From contig CM022666.1 of assembly GCA_012295275.1 (NCBI GenBank), positions 10,044,001 through 10,108,000 on the forward strand: a stretch of 64,000 nucleotides of DNA, in the 5' to 3' direction. Positions 26,301-39,162 of this stretch are shown one piece after another; position 1 is the first letter of the stretch; each line of letters starts with the position of its first letter. A model generated the notes under the pieces. It saw nothing but the letters and a program-made list of their open reading frames with translations. It ran no database searches and was not told where the DNA came from. Source of the stretch: Chrysomallon squamiferum (lineage: Eukaryota > Animalia > Mollusca). The position numbers and the translations under genes were made by a program.

Positions 26301-28200
26301 TAACTAAATAAATAAGAATGCTAAAGTAATTAATTAAGTTATTAACAATTAAGAATGTGAATTATTAAGTAAGAATGTGTAAGTAAGTGACCTAAGTTAG
26401 TGAGGAAGAGAATAAGAGAGAAATAGTAATAAGTAAACCTAATAGTACCTAAGTAGTACATTAACAATTATCTAACTAAGAAATAAATTAAATAAGTAAG
26501 TAAATAATGACATAAGTAAGCAAGTATGCAAGTTTCTAAGTAAGTTTCTAAGAGAATGCAAGTAAGTACATTAACAATTATCTAAGTAATAAAAAATTAA
26601 AAATTAAGTAAATAAATAAATAATGAAAATAAAGCAAGGAAGCAAGTAACTAAGTAAATCAGAATGGAAGTCAGTACATTTACAATTATGTGAGTAAGAA
26701 TGTAAGTAACTACTTAACTAATGTCATAAGTTAACAAATGGATAAGTTAGCAAGGAGTTAAGTAAATAGTAACCTAAGTAACTACATTAACAATAATCTA
26801 ACTAAGAAACAAAAAGAAGTAAGTAAAGTAAATAAAAATAATGATCTAAGATGGCAAGGAAGCAAGCAACTAAGAGAAAATGCAAATTTGTACAAATAAA
26901 ATGTTATCTAAGTAATTATCTAACGTAAACGTACGTAATTAAGTAAATAATAATGACCTAAGTAAGCAAGGATGCAAGTTACTAAGTTAGTGAGAATGCA
27001 AGTTAGTACGTTAACAATTATCTAAATAAGAAATAAATTTAAATAATTACGTAAATAGTGAGCTAAATAAGGAAGGAAACAAAAAGTAACTAAGTAAGTG
27101 AAATGCTAGTCATTACATTAACAATTATGTGAGTAAGAATGTGAGTAAGTGTTTAACTAACTAGTGACCTAAGTTAGAGGAAGAGAATAAATAAGTAAAT
27201 AGTAAATAGTAAGTAAGTAATTAACAATTAACTAACTAAGAAATAAATTAAGTAAATAAGTAAAAAATAAATAATAAGTATAAAAGTAAGTAAATATGCA
27301 AAGTTTCTAAATAAGTAAATAAAAAAAAAAATAATAAGTCTAAAAGTAATAAATAAATTAAGTAAGTAATTAAATAAAAAAATAAAATTAAAAAGTAATT
27401 AATTAACAATTATCTAAGTAATAAAAATAAATAAGTAATTAAAAAATAGTGACCTAAGTAAAAAGAAGCAAGTAACTAAGTAACTAGTAAATCAGAATGG
27501 AAGTCAGTACATTTACAATGTGAGTAAGAATGTAAGTAACTACTTAACTAATGTCATAAGTTAGCAAGGGAGCCAGTAAGTTAGTAAATAGTAACCTAAG
27601 TAACTACATTAACAATTATCTAACTAAGAAACAAAGTAAGTAAGTACGTAAATAGTGATCTAAGATGGCAAGGAAGGGCAACTAAGAAAAAAATGCAAAT
27701 TTGTACATTAACAATTATCTAAGTAAGAACAAACAAATTAAGAACGTAAATAATAACCTAAAAGTAAGACAAAGGATGCAAATGTTACTAAGTTAGTGAG
27801 AATGCAAGTTAAGTACGTTAACAATTATCAATTATCTAAGTAAGAAATAAATTTAGTACTTACGTAAATAGTGAGCTAAATAAGGAAGGAAAAAAGTAAC
27901 TAAGTAAAAAAGAGAATGCTAAGTCATTACATTAAATAATTTATGTGATTAACAATTATGTGTAAGAATGTATGTGAGTTTTAATGAAAGAAATAAGTAA
28001 GTAAATAAATAAACCTAAGTAAGTACATTAACAATTATCTAACTAAGAAATAAATTAAATTAAGTAAGTAAATAATGACCTAAGAAAAGTAAGCAAGTAT
28101 GCAAGTTTCTAAGTAAGTGAGAATGCAAGTAAGTAAGTATTAATTAATTATCTAAGTAATAAATAAATTAAGTAATTAAGTAAATAAAATGACCTAAGTA
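11400..28200 (+). other. Degraded, A-enriched portion of the 712-bp array (probable low-quality consensus)
   Basis: Unit spacing is inflated: 21 units between landmarks 11671 and 28231, averaging ~789 bp. The stretch has A-runs, short stuttered duplications and non-recurrent changes, worst at ~20100-21060. Confidence 0.75.
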
Positions 28201-31200
28201 AGCAAGGAAGCAAGTAACTAAGTAAATCAGAATGGAAGTCAGTACATTTACAATTATGTGAGTAAGAATGTAAGTAACTACTTAACTAATGTCATAAGTT
28301 AGCAAGGGAGCCAGTAAGTTAGTAAATAGTAACCTAAGTAACTAGTACATTAACAATGATCTAACTAAGAAACAAAGTAAGTAAGTACGTAAATAGAATG
28401 ATCTAAGATGGCAAGGAAGCGAGCAACTAAGAGAAAATGCAAATTTGTACATTAACAATTATCTAAGTAAGAACGTAATTAAGTACGTAAATAATGACCT
28501 AAGTAAGCAAGGATGCAAGTTACTAAGTTAGTGAGAATGCAAGTTAGTACGTTAACAATTATCTAAGTAAGAAATAAATTTAGTACTTACGTAAATAGTG
28601 AGCTAAATAAGGAAGGAAACAAGTAACTAAGTAAGTGAGAATGCTAGTCATTACATTAACAATTATGTGAGTAAGAATGTGAGTAAGTGTTTAACTAGTG
28701 ACCTAAGTTAGCGAGGAAGAGAATAAGTAAGTAAATAGTAACCTAAGTAAGTACATTAACAATTATCTAACTAAGAAATAAATTAAGTAAGTAAGTAAAT
28801 AATGACATAAGTAAGCAAGTATGCAAGTTTCTAAGTAAGTGAGAATGCAAGTAAGTACATATAACAATTATCTAAGTAATAAATAAATTAAATTAATTAA
28901 TTAATTAAATAAATAGTGACCTAAGTAAGCAAGGAAGCAAGTAACTAAGTAAATCAGAATGGAAGTCAGTACATTTACAATTATGTGAGTAAGAATGTAA
29001 GTAACTACTTAACTAATGTCATAAGTTAGCAAGGGAGCCAGTAAGTTAGTAAATAGTAACCTAAGTAAGCTACATTAACAATGATCTAACTAAGAAACAA
29101 AGTAAGTAAGTACGTAAATAGTGATCTAAGATGGCAAGGAAGCGAGCAACTAAGAGAAAATGCAAATTTGTACATTAACAATTATCTAAGTAAGAACGTA
29201 ATTAAGTACGTAAATAATGACCTAAGTAAGCAAGGATGCAAGTTACTAAGTTAGTGAGAATGCAAGTTAAGTACGTTAACAATTATCTAAGTAAGAAATA
29301 AATTTAGTACTTACGTAAATAAATGAGCTAAATAAGGAAAATAAACAAGTAAACAAGTAACTAAGTAAATGTGAGTGAGAATGCAAGTCATTACATTAAC
29401 AATTATGTGAGTAAGAATGTGAGTAAGTGTTTAACTAGTGACCTAAGTTAGCGAGGAAGAGAATAAGTAAGTAAATAGTAACCTAAGTAAGTACATTAAC
29501 AATTATCTAACTAAGAAATAAATTAAGTAAGTAAGTAAATAATGACCTAAGTAAGCAAATATGCAAGTTTCTAAGTAAGTGAGAATGCAAGTAAGTACAT
29601 TAACAATTATCTAAGTAATAAATAAATTAAGTAATTAAGTAAATAGTGACCTAAGTAAGCAAGGAAGCAAGTAACTAAGTAAATCAGAATGGAAGTCAGT
29701 ACATTTACAATTATGTGAGTAAGAATGTAAGTAACTACTTAACTAATGTCATAAGTTAAGTTAGCAAGGGAGCCAGTAAGTTAGTAAATAGTAACCTAAG
29801 TAACTACATTAACAATGATCTAACTAAGAAACAAAAAAAGTAAGTAAACGTAAATAGTGATCTAAGATGGCAAGGAAGCGAGCAACTAAGAGAAAATGCA
29901 AATTTGTACATTAACAATTATCTAAGTAAGAACGTAATTAAGTACGTAAATAATGACCTAAGTAAGCAAGGATGCAAGTTACTAAGTTAGTGAGAATGCA
30001 AGTTAGTACGTTAACAATTATCTAAGTAAGAAATAAATTTAGTACTTACGTAAATAGTGAGCTAAATAAGGAAGGAAACAAGTAACTAAGTAAGTGAGAA
30101 TGCAAGTCATTACATTAACAATTATGTGAGTAAGAATGTGAGTAAGTGTTTAACTAGTGACCTAAGTTAGCGAGGAAGAGAATAAGTAAGTAAATAGTAA
30201 CCTAAGTAAGTACATTAACAATTATCTAACTAAGAAACAAATTAAGTAAGTAAGTATATAATGACCTAAGTAAGCAAGTATGCAAGTTTCTAAGTAAGTG
30301 AGAATGCAAGTAAGTACATTAACAATTATCTAAGTAATAAATAAATTAAGTAATTACGTAAATAGTGACCTAAGTAAGCAAGGAAGCAAGTAACTAAGTA
30401 AATCAGAATGGAAGTCAGTACATTTACAATTATGTGAGTAAGAATGTAAGTAACTACTTAACTAATGTCATAAGTTAGCAAGGGAGCCAGTAAGTTAGTA
30501 AATAAATAGTAACCTAAGTAACTACATTAACAATTATCTAACTAAGAAACAAAGTAAAAAGTAAGTACGTAAATAGTGATCTAAGATGGCAAGGAAGCGA
30601 GCAACTAAGAGAAAATGCAAATTTGTACATTAACAATTATCTAAGTAAGAACGTAATTAAGTACGTAAATAATGACATAAGTAAGCAAGGATGCAAGTTA
30701 CTAAGTTAGTGAGAATGCAAGTTAGTACGTTAACAATTATCTAAGTAAGAAATAAATTTAGTACTTACGTAAATAGTGAGCTAAATAAGGAAGGAAACAA
30801 GTAACTAAGTAAGTGAGAATGCTAGTCATTACATTAACAATTATGTGAGTAAGAATGTGAGTAAGTGTTTAACTAGTGACCTAAGTTAGCGAGGAAGAGA
30901 ATAAGTAAGTAAATAGTAACCTAAGTAAGTACATTAACAATTATCTAACTAAGAAATAAATTAAGTAAGTAAGTATATAATGACCTAAGTAAGGAAATAT
31001 GCAAGTTTCTAAGTAAGTGAGAATGCAAGTAAGTACATTAACAATTATCTAAGTAATAAATAAATTAAGTAATTAAGTAAATAGTGACCTAAGTAAGCAA
31101 GGAAGCAAGTAACTAAGTAAATCAGAATGGAAGTCAGTACATTTACAATTATGTGAGTAAGAATGTAAGTAACTACTTAACTAATGTCATAAGTTTAACA

Positions 31201-34200
31201 ATTATCCAGTAAGAAAAAAGGTAAGTAAGTAAGTTAGTTAGTAAATAAGTAGTAACCTAAAAGTAATAACTAACTACATTAACAATTATCTAACTAAGAA
31301 ACAAAAGTAAGTAAGTACGTAAATAGTGATCTAAGATGGCAAGGAAGCGAGCAACTAAGAGAAAAATGCAAATTTGTACATTAACAATTATCTAAGTAAG
31401 AAACGTAATTAAGTACGTAAATAATGACCTAAATAAAGTGAAGTTACTAAGTTAAATAGAAATGCAAGTTAGTACGTTAACAATTATCTAAGTAAAGAAA
31501 TAAATTAACAATTATTAAGTAAGAAATAAATAAATACTTACGTAAATAATGAGCTAAATAAGGAAGGAAACAAGTAACTAAGTAAGTGAGAATGCTAGTC
31601 ATTACATTAACAATTATGTGAGTAAGAATGTGAGTAAGTGTTTAACTAGTGACCTAAGTTAGCGAGGAAGAGAATAAGTAAGTAAATAGTAACCTAAGTA
31701 AGTAAGTACATTAACAATTATCTAACTAAGAAATATCTAACTAAGAAATAAATTAAGTAAATAATAATGACATAAGTAAGCAAGTATGCAAGTTTCTAAG
31801 TAAGTGAGAATGCAAGTAAGTACATTAACAATTATCTAAGTAATAAATAAATTAAGTAATTAAGTAAATAGTGACCTAAGTAAGCAAGGAAGCAAGTAAC
31901 TAAGTAAATCAGAATGGAAGTCAGTACATTTACAATTATGTGAGTAAGAATGTAAGTAACTACTTAACTAATGTCATAAGTTAGCAAGGGAGCCAGTAAG
32001 TTAGTAAATAGTAACCTAAGTAACTACATTAACAATGATCTAACTAAGAAACAAAGTAAGTAAGTACGTAAATAGTGATCTAAGATGGCAAGGAAGCGAG
32101 CAACTAAGAGAAAATGCAAATTTGTACATTAACAATTATCTAAGTAAGAACGTAATTAAGTACGTAAAAAATTATCTAATGAAAAAATAAGCAACAAATA
32201 AGTAAGCAAGGATGCAAGTTACTAAGTTAGTGAGAATGCAAGTTAGTACGTTAACAATTATCTAAGTAAAAATAAATTTAGTACTTACGTAAATAGTGAG
32301 CTAAATAAGGAAGGAAACAAGTAACTAAGTAAGTGAGAATGCTAGTCATTACATTAACAATTATGTGAGTAAGAATGTGAGTAAGTGTTTAACTAGTGAC
32401 CTAAGTTAGCGAGGAAGAGAATAAGTAAGTAAATAGTAACCTAAGTAAGTACATTAACAATTATCTAACTAAGAAACAAATTAAGTAAGTAAGTATATAA
32501 TGACCTAAGTAAGCAAGTATGCAAGTTTCTAAGTAAGTGAGAATGCAAGTAAGTACATTAACAATTATCTAAGTAATAAATAAATTAAGTAATTAATTAA
32601 ATTAAATAGTGACCTAAGTAAGCAAAGGAAGCAAGTAACTAAGTAAATCAGAATGGAAGTCAGTACATTTACAATTATGTGAGTAAGAATGTAAGTAACT
32701 ACTTAACTAATGTCATAAGTTAGCAAGGGAGCCAGTAAGTTAGTAAATAGTAACCTAAGTAACTACATTAACAATGATCTAACTAAAAACAAAGTAAAAG
32801 TAAGTACGTAAATAAGTACGTAAATAGTGATCTAAGATGGCAAGGAAGCGAGCAACTAAGAGAAAATGCAAATTTGTACATTAACAATTATCTAAGTAAG
32901 AACGTAATTAAGTACGTAAATAATGACCTAAGTAAGCAAGGATGCAAGTTACTAAGTTAGTGAGAATGCAAGTTAGTACGTTAACAATTATCTAAGTAAG
33001 AAATAAATTTAGTACTTACGTAAATAGTGAGCTAAATAAGGAAGGAAACAAGTAACTAAGTAAGTGAGAATGCTAGTCATTACATTAACAATTATGTGAG
33101 TAAGAATGTGAGTAAGTGTTTAACTAGTGACCTAAGTTAGCGAGGAAGAGAATAAGTAAGTAAATAGTAACCTAAGTAAGTACATTAACAATTATCTAAC
33201 TAAGAAATAAATTAAGTACGTAAGTAAATAATGACATAAGTAAGCAAGTATGCAAGTTTCTAAGTAAGTGAGAATGCAAGTAAGTACATTAACAATTATC
33301 TAAGTAATAAAAAAATTAAGTAATTAAGTAAATAGTGACCTAAGTAAGCAAGGAAGCAAGTAACTAAGTAAATCAGAATGGAAGTCAGTACATTTACAAT
33401 TATGTGAGTAAGAATGTAAGTAACTACTTAACTAATGTCATAAGTTAGCAAGGGAGCCAGTAAGTTAGTAAATAGTAACCTAAGTAACTACATTAACAAT
33501 GATCTAACTAAGAAACAAAGTAAGTAAGTACGTAAATAGTGATCTAAGATGGCAAGGAAGCGAGCAACTAAGAGAAAATGCAAATTTGTACATTAACAAT
33601 TATCTAAGTAAGAACGTAATTAAGTACGTAAATAATGACCTAAGTAAGCAAGGATGCAAGTTACTAAGTTAGTGAGAATGCAAGTTAGTACGTTAACAAT
33701 TATCTAAGTAAGAAATAAATTTAGTACTTACGTAAATAGTGAGCTAAATAAGGAAGGAAACAAGTAACTAAGTAAGTGAGAATGCTAGTCATTACATTAA
33801 CAATTATGTGAGTAAGAATGTGAGTAAGTGTTTAACTAGTGACCTAAGTTAGCGAGGAAGAGAATAAGTAAGTAAATAGTAACCTAAGTAAGTACATTAA
33901 CAATTATCTAACTAAGAAATAAATTAAGTAAGTAAGTAAATAATGACATAAGTAAGCAAGTATGCAAGTTTCTAAGTAAGTGAGAATGCAAGTAAAGTAA
34001 GTACATTAACAATTATCTAAGTAATAAAAAATTAAGTAATTACGTAAAAAAAGTGACCTAAGTAAGTAAGCAAGGAAGCAAGTAACTAAGTAAATCAGAA
34101 TGGAAGTCAGTACATTTACAATTATGTGAGTAAATGAATGTAAGTAACTACTTAACTAATGTCATAAGTTAGCAAGGGAGCCAGTAAGTTAGTAAATAGT

Positions 34201-37200
34201 AACCTAAGTAACTACATTAACAATTATCTAACTAAGAAACAAAGTAAGTAAGTACGTAAATAGTGATCTAAGATGGCAAGGAAGCGAGCAACTAAGAGAA
34301 AATGCAAATTTGTACATTAACAATTATCTAAGTAAGAACGTAATTAAGTACGTAAATAATGACCTAAGTAAGCAAGGATGCAAGTTACTAAGTTAGTGAG
34401 AATGCAAGTTAGTACGTTAACAATTATCTAAGTAAGAAATAAATTTAGTACTTACGTAAATAGTGAGCTAAATAAGGAAGGAAACAAGTAACTAAGTAAG
34501 TGAGAATGCTAGTCATTACATTAACAATTATGTGAGTAAGAATGTGAGTAAGTGTTTAACTAGTGACCTAAGTTAGCGAGGAAGAGAATAAGTAAGTAAA
34601 TAGTAACCTAAGTAAGTACATTAACAATTATCTAACTAAGAAATAAATTAAGTAAGTAAGTAAATAATGACCTAAGTAAGCAAGTATGCAAGTTTCTAAG
34701 TAAGTGAGAATGCAAGTAAGTACATTAACAATTATCTAAGTAATAAATAAATTAAGTAATTACGTAAATAGTGACCTAAGTAAGCAAGGAAGCAAGTAAC
34801 TAAGTAAATCAGAATGGAAGTCAGTACATTTACAATTATGTGAGTAAGAATGTAAGTAACTACTTAACTAATGTCATAAGTTAGCAAGGGAGCCAGTAAG
34901 TTAGTAAATAGTAACCTAAGTAAGTACATTAACAATTATCTAACTAAGAAACAAAGTAAGTAAGTACGTAAATAGTGATCTAAGATGGCAAGGAAGCGAG
35001 CAACTAAGAGAAAATGCAAATTTGTACATTAACAATTATCTAAGTAAGAACGTAATTAAGTACGTAAATAATGACCTAAGTAAGCAAGGATGCAAGTTAC
35101 TAAGTTAGTGAGAATGCAAGTTAGTACGTTAACAATTATCTAAGTAAGAAATAAATTTAGTACTTACGTAAATAGTGAGCTAAATAAGGAAGGAAACAAG
35201 TAACTAAGTAAGTGAGAATGCTAGTCATTACATTAACAATTATGTGAGTAAGAATGTGAGTAAGTAAGTGTTTAACTAGTGACCTAAGTTAGCGAGGAAG
35301 AGAATAAGTAAGTAAATAGTAACCTAAGTAAGTAAAGTACATTAACAATTATCTAACTAAAAAATAAATTAAGTAAGTAAGTATATAATGACCTAAGTAA
35401 GCAAGTATGCAAGTTTCTAAGTAAGTGAGAATGCAAGTAAGTACATTAACAATTATCTAAGTAATAAATAAATTAAGTAATTAAGTAAATAGTGACCTAA
35501 GTAAGCAAGGAAGCAAGTAACTAAGTAAATCAGAATGGAAGTCAGTACATTTACAATTATGTGAGTAAGAATGTAAGTAACTACTTAACTAATGTCATAA
35601 GTTAGCAAGGGAGCCAGTAAGTTAGTAAATAGTAACCTAAGTAACTACATTAACAATGATCTAACTAAGAAACAAAGTAAGTAAGTACGTAAATAATGAT
35701 CTAAGATGGCAAAGGAAGCGAGCAACTAAGAGAAAATGCAAATTTGTACATTAACAATTATCTAAGTAAGAACGTAATTAAGTACGTAAATAATGACCTA
35801 AGTAAGCAAGGATGCAAGTTACTAAGTTAGTGAGAATGCAAGTTAGTACGTTAACAATTATCTAAGTAAGAAATAAATTTAGTACTTACGTAAATAGTGA
35901 GCTAAATAAGGAAGGAAACAAGTAACTAAGTAAGTGAGAATGCTAGTCATTACATTAACAATTATGTGAGTAAGAATGTGAGTAAGTGTTTAACTAGTGA
36001 CCTAAGTTATCGAGGAAGAGAATAAGTAAGTAAATAGTAACCTAAGTAAGTACATTAACAATTATCTAACTAAGAAATAAATTAAGTAAGTAAGTAAATA
36101 ATGACCTAAGTAAGCAAGTATGCAAGTTTCTAAGTAAGTGAGAATGCAAGTAAGTACATTAACAATTATCTAAGTAATAAATAAATTAAAATTAAATTAA
36201 AAATTAAGTAAATAAATGTGACCTAAGTAAGCAAGGAAGCAAGTAAGTAAATCAAATCAGAATGGAAGTCAGTACATTTACAATTATGTGAGTAAGAATG
36301 TAAGTAACTACTTAACTAATGTCATAAGTTAGCAAGGGAGCCAGTAAGTTAGTAAATAGTAACCTAAGTAACTACATTAACAATGATCTAACTAAGAAAC
36401 AAAGTAAGTAAGTACGTAAATAGTGATCTAAGATGGCAAGGAAGCGAGCAACTAAGAGAAAATGCAAATTTGTACATTAACAATTATCTAAGTAAGAACG
36501 TAATTAAGTACGTAAATAATGACCTAAGTAAGCAAGGATGCAAGTTACTAAGTTAGTGAGAATGCAAGTTAGTACGTTAACAATTATCTAAGTAAGAAAT
36601 AAATTTAGTACTTACGTAAATAGTGAGCTAAATAAGGAAGGAAACAAGTAACTAAGTAAGTGAGAATGCTAGTCATTACATTAACAATTATGTGAGTAAG
36701 AATGTGAGTAAGTGTTTAACTAGTGACCTAAGTTAGCGAGGAAGAGAATAAGTAAGTAAATAGTAACCTAAGTAAGTACATTAACAATTATCTAACTAAG
36801 AAATAAATTAAGTAAGTAAGTAAATAATGACCTAAGTAAGCAAGTATGCAAGTTTCTAAGTAAGTTTGCAAATAAGTGCAATTAACAATTATCTAAGTAA
36901 TAAATTAACAATTATCTAAGTAATAAAAAATTAAAATTAAATAATTAAAGTAAATGGTAAGCTAAGTAAGCAAGGAAGCAAGTAACTAAGTAAATCAGAA
37001 TGGAAGTCAGTACATTTACAATTATGTGAGTAAGAATGTAAGTAACTACTTAACTAATGTCATAAGTTAGCAAGGGAGCCAGTAAGTTCGTAAATAGAAA
37101 CCTAAGTAAGTACATTAACAATTATCTAACTAAGAAACAAAGTATGTAAGTACGTAAATAATGATCGAAGATGGGAAGGAAGCGAGCAACTAAGAGAAAA

Positions 37201-38450
37201 TGCAAATTTGTACATTAACAATTATCTAAGTAAGAACGTAATTAAGTACGTAAATAATGACATAAGTAAGCAAGGATGCAAGTTACTAAGTTAGTGAGAA
37301 TGCAAGTTAGTACGTTAACAATTATCTAAGTAAGAAATAAATTTAGTACTTACGTAAATAGTGAGCTAAATAAGGAAGGAAACAAGTAACTAAGTAAGTG
37401 AGAATGCTAGTCATTACATTAACAATTATGTGAGTAAGAATGTGAGTAAGTGTTTAACTAGTGACCTAAGTTAGCGAGGAAGAGAATAAGTAAGTAAATA
37501 GTAACCTAAGTAAGTACATTAACAATTATCTAACTAAGAAATAAATTAAGTACGTAAGTAAATAATGACATAAGTAAGCAAGTATGCAAGTTTCTAAGTA
37601 AGTGAGAATGCAAGTAAGTACATTAACAATTATCTAAGTAATAAATAAATTAAGTAATTACGTAAATAGTGACCTAAGTAAGCAAGGAAGCAAGTAACTA
37701 AGTAAATCAGAATGGAAGTCAGTACATTTACAATTATGTGAGTAAGAATGTAAAAGTAACTACTTAACTAATGTCATAAGTTAGCAAGGGAGCCAGTAAG
37801 TTAGTAAATAGTAACCTAAGTAAGTACATTAACAATTATCTAACTAAGAAACAAAGTAAGTAAGTACGTAAATAATGATCGAAGATGGCAAGGAAGCGAG
37901 CAACTAAGAGAAAATGCAAATTTGTACATTAACAATTATCTAAGTAAGAACGTAATTAATTAAATACGTAAATAATGACCTAAGTAAAAGCAAGGATGCA
38001 AGTTACTAAGTTAGTGAGAATGCAAGTTAGTACGTTAACAATTATCTAAGTAAGAAATAAATTTAGTACTTACGTAAATAGTGAGCTAAATAAGGAAGGA
38101 AACAAGTAACTAAGTAAGTGAGAATGCTAGTCATTACATTAACAATTATGTGAGTAAGAATGTGAGTAAGTGTTTAACTAGTGACCTAAGTTAGCAGGAA
38201 AGAGAATAAGTAAGTAAATAGTAACCTGAAGTAAAGTACATTTAACAATTATCTAACTAAGAAATAAATTAAGTAAATAGTAAGTAAAAATAATGACCTA
38301 AGTAAGCAAGTATGCAAGTTTCTAAGTAAGTGAGAATGCAAGTAAGTACATTAACAATTATCTAAGTAATAAATAAATTAAGTAATTAAGTAAATAGTGA
38401 CCTAAGTAAGCAAGGAAGCAAGTAACTAAGTAAATCAGAATGGAAGTCAG

Positions 38451-39162
38451 TACATTTACAATTATGTGAGTAAGAATGTAAGTAACTACTTAACTAATGT
38501 CATAAGTTAGCAAGGGAGCCAGTAAGTTAGTAAATAGTAACCTAAGTAACTACATTAACAATGATCTAACTAAGAAACAAAGTAAGTAAGTACGTAAATA
38601 GTGATCTAAGATGGCAAGGAAGCGAGCAACTAAGAGAAAATGCAAATTTGTACATTAACAATTATCTAAGTAAGAACGTAATTAAGTACGTAAATAATGA
38701 CCTAAGTAAGCAAGGATGCAAGTTACTAAGTTAGTGAGAATGCAAGTTAGTACGTTAACAATTATCTAAGTAAGAAATAAATTTAGTACTTACGTAAATA
38801 GTGAGCTAAATAAGGAAGGAAACAAGTAACTAAGTAAGTGAGAATGCTAGTCATTACATTAACAATTATGTGAGTAAGAATGTGAGTAAGTGTTTAACTA
38901 GTGACCTAAGTTAGCGAGGAAGAGAATAAGTAAGTAAATAGTAACCTAAGTAAGTACATTAACAATTATCTAACTAAGAAATAAATTAAGTAAGTAAGTA
39001 AATAATGACATAAGTAAGCAAGTATGCAAGTTTCTAAGTAAGTGAGAATGCAAGTAAGTACATTAACAATTATCTAAGTAATAAATAAATTAAGTAATTA
39101 AGTAAATAGTGACCTAAGTAAGCAAGGAAGCAAGTAACTAAGTAAATCAGAATGGAAGTCAG
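38451..39162 (+). repeat. Representative clean 712-bp HOR unit (monomers A-G)
   Basis: Monomer starts are at 38451, 38551, 38651, 38751, 38855, 38955 and 39059, and the next unit starts at 39163. Lengths are 100, 100, 100, 104, 100, 104 and 104, summing to 712. Confidence 0.95.

Noticed and set aside
38451-39162. 712 = 4 x 178 as a tetranucleosome unit
   Set aside because: No 178-bp internal periodicity is visible. The sub-periods are 4 and 100/104 bp, so the arithmetic is probably coincidental without MNase data.
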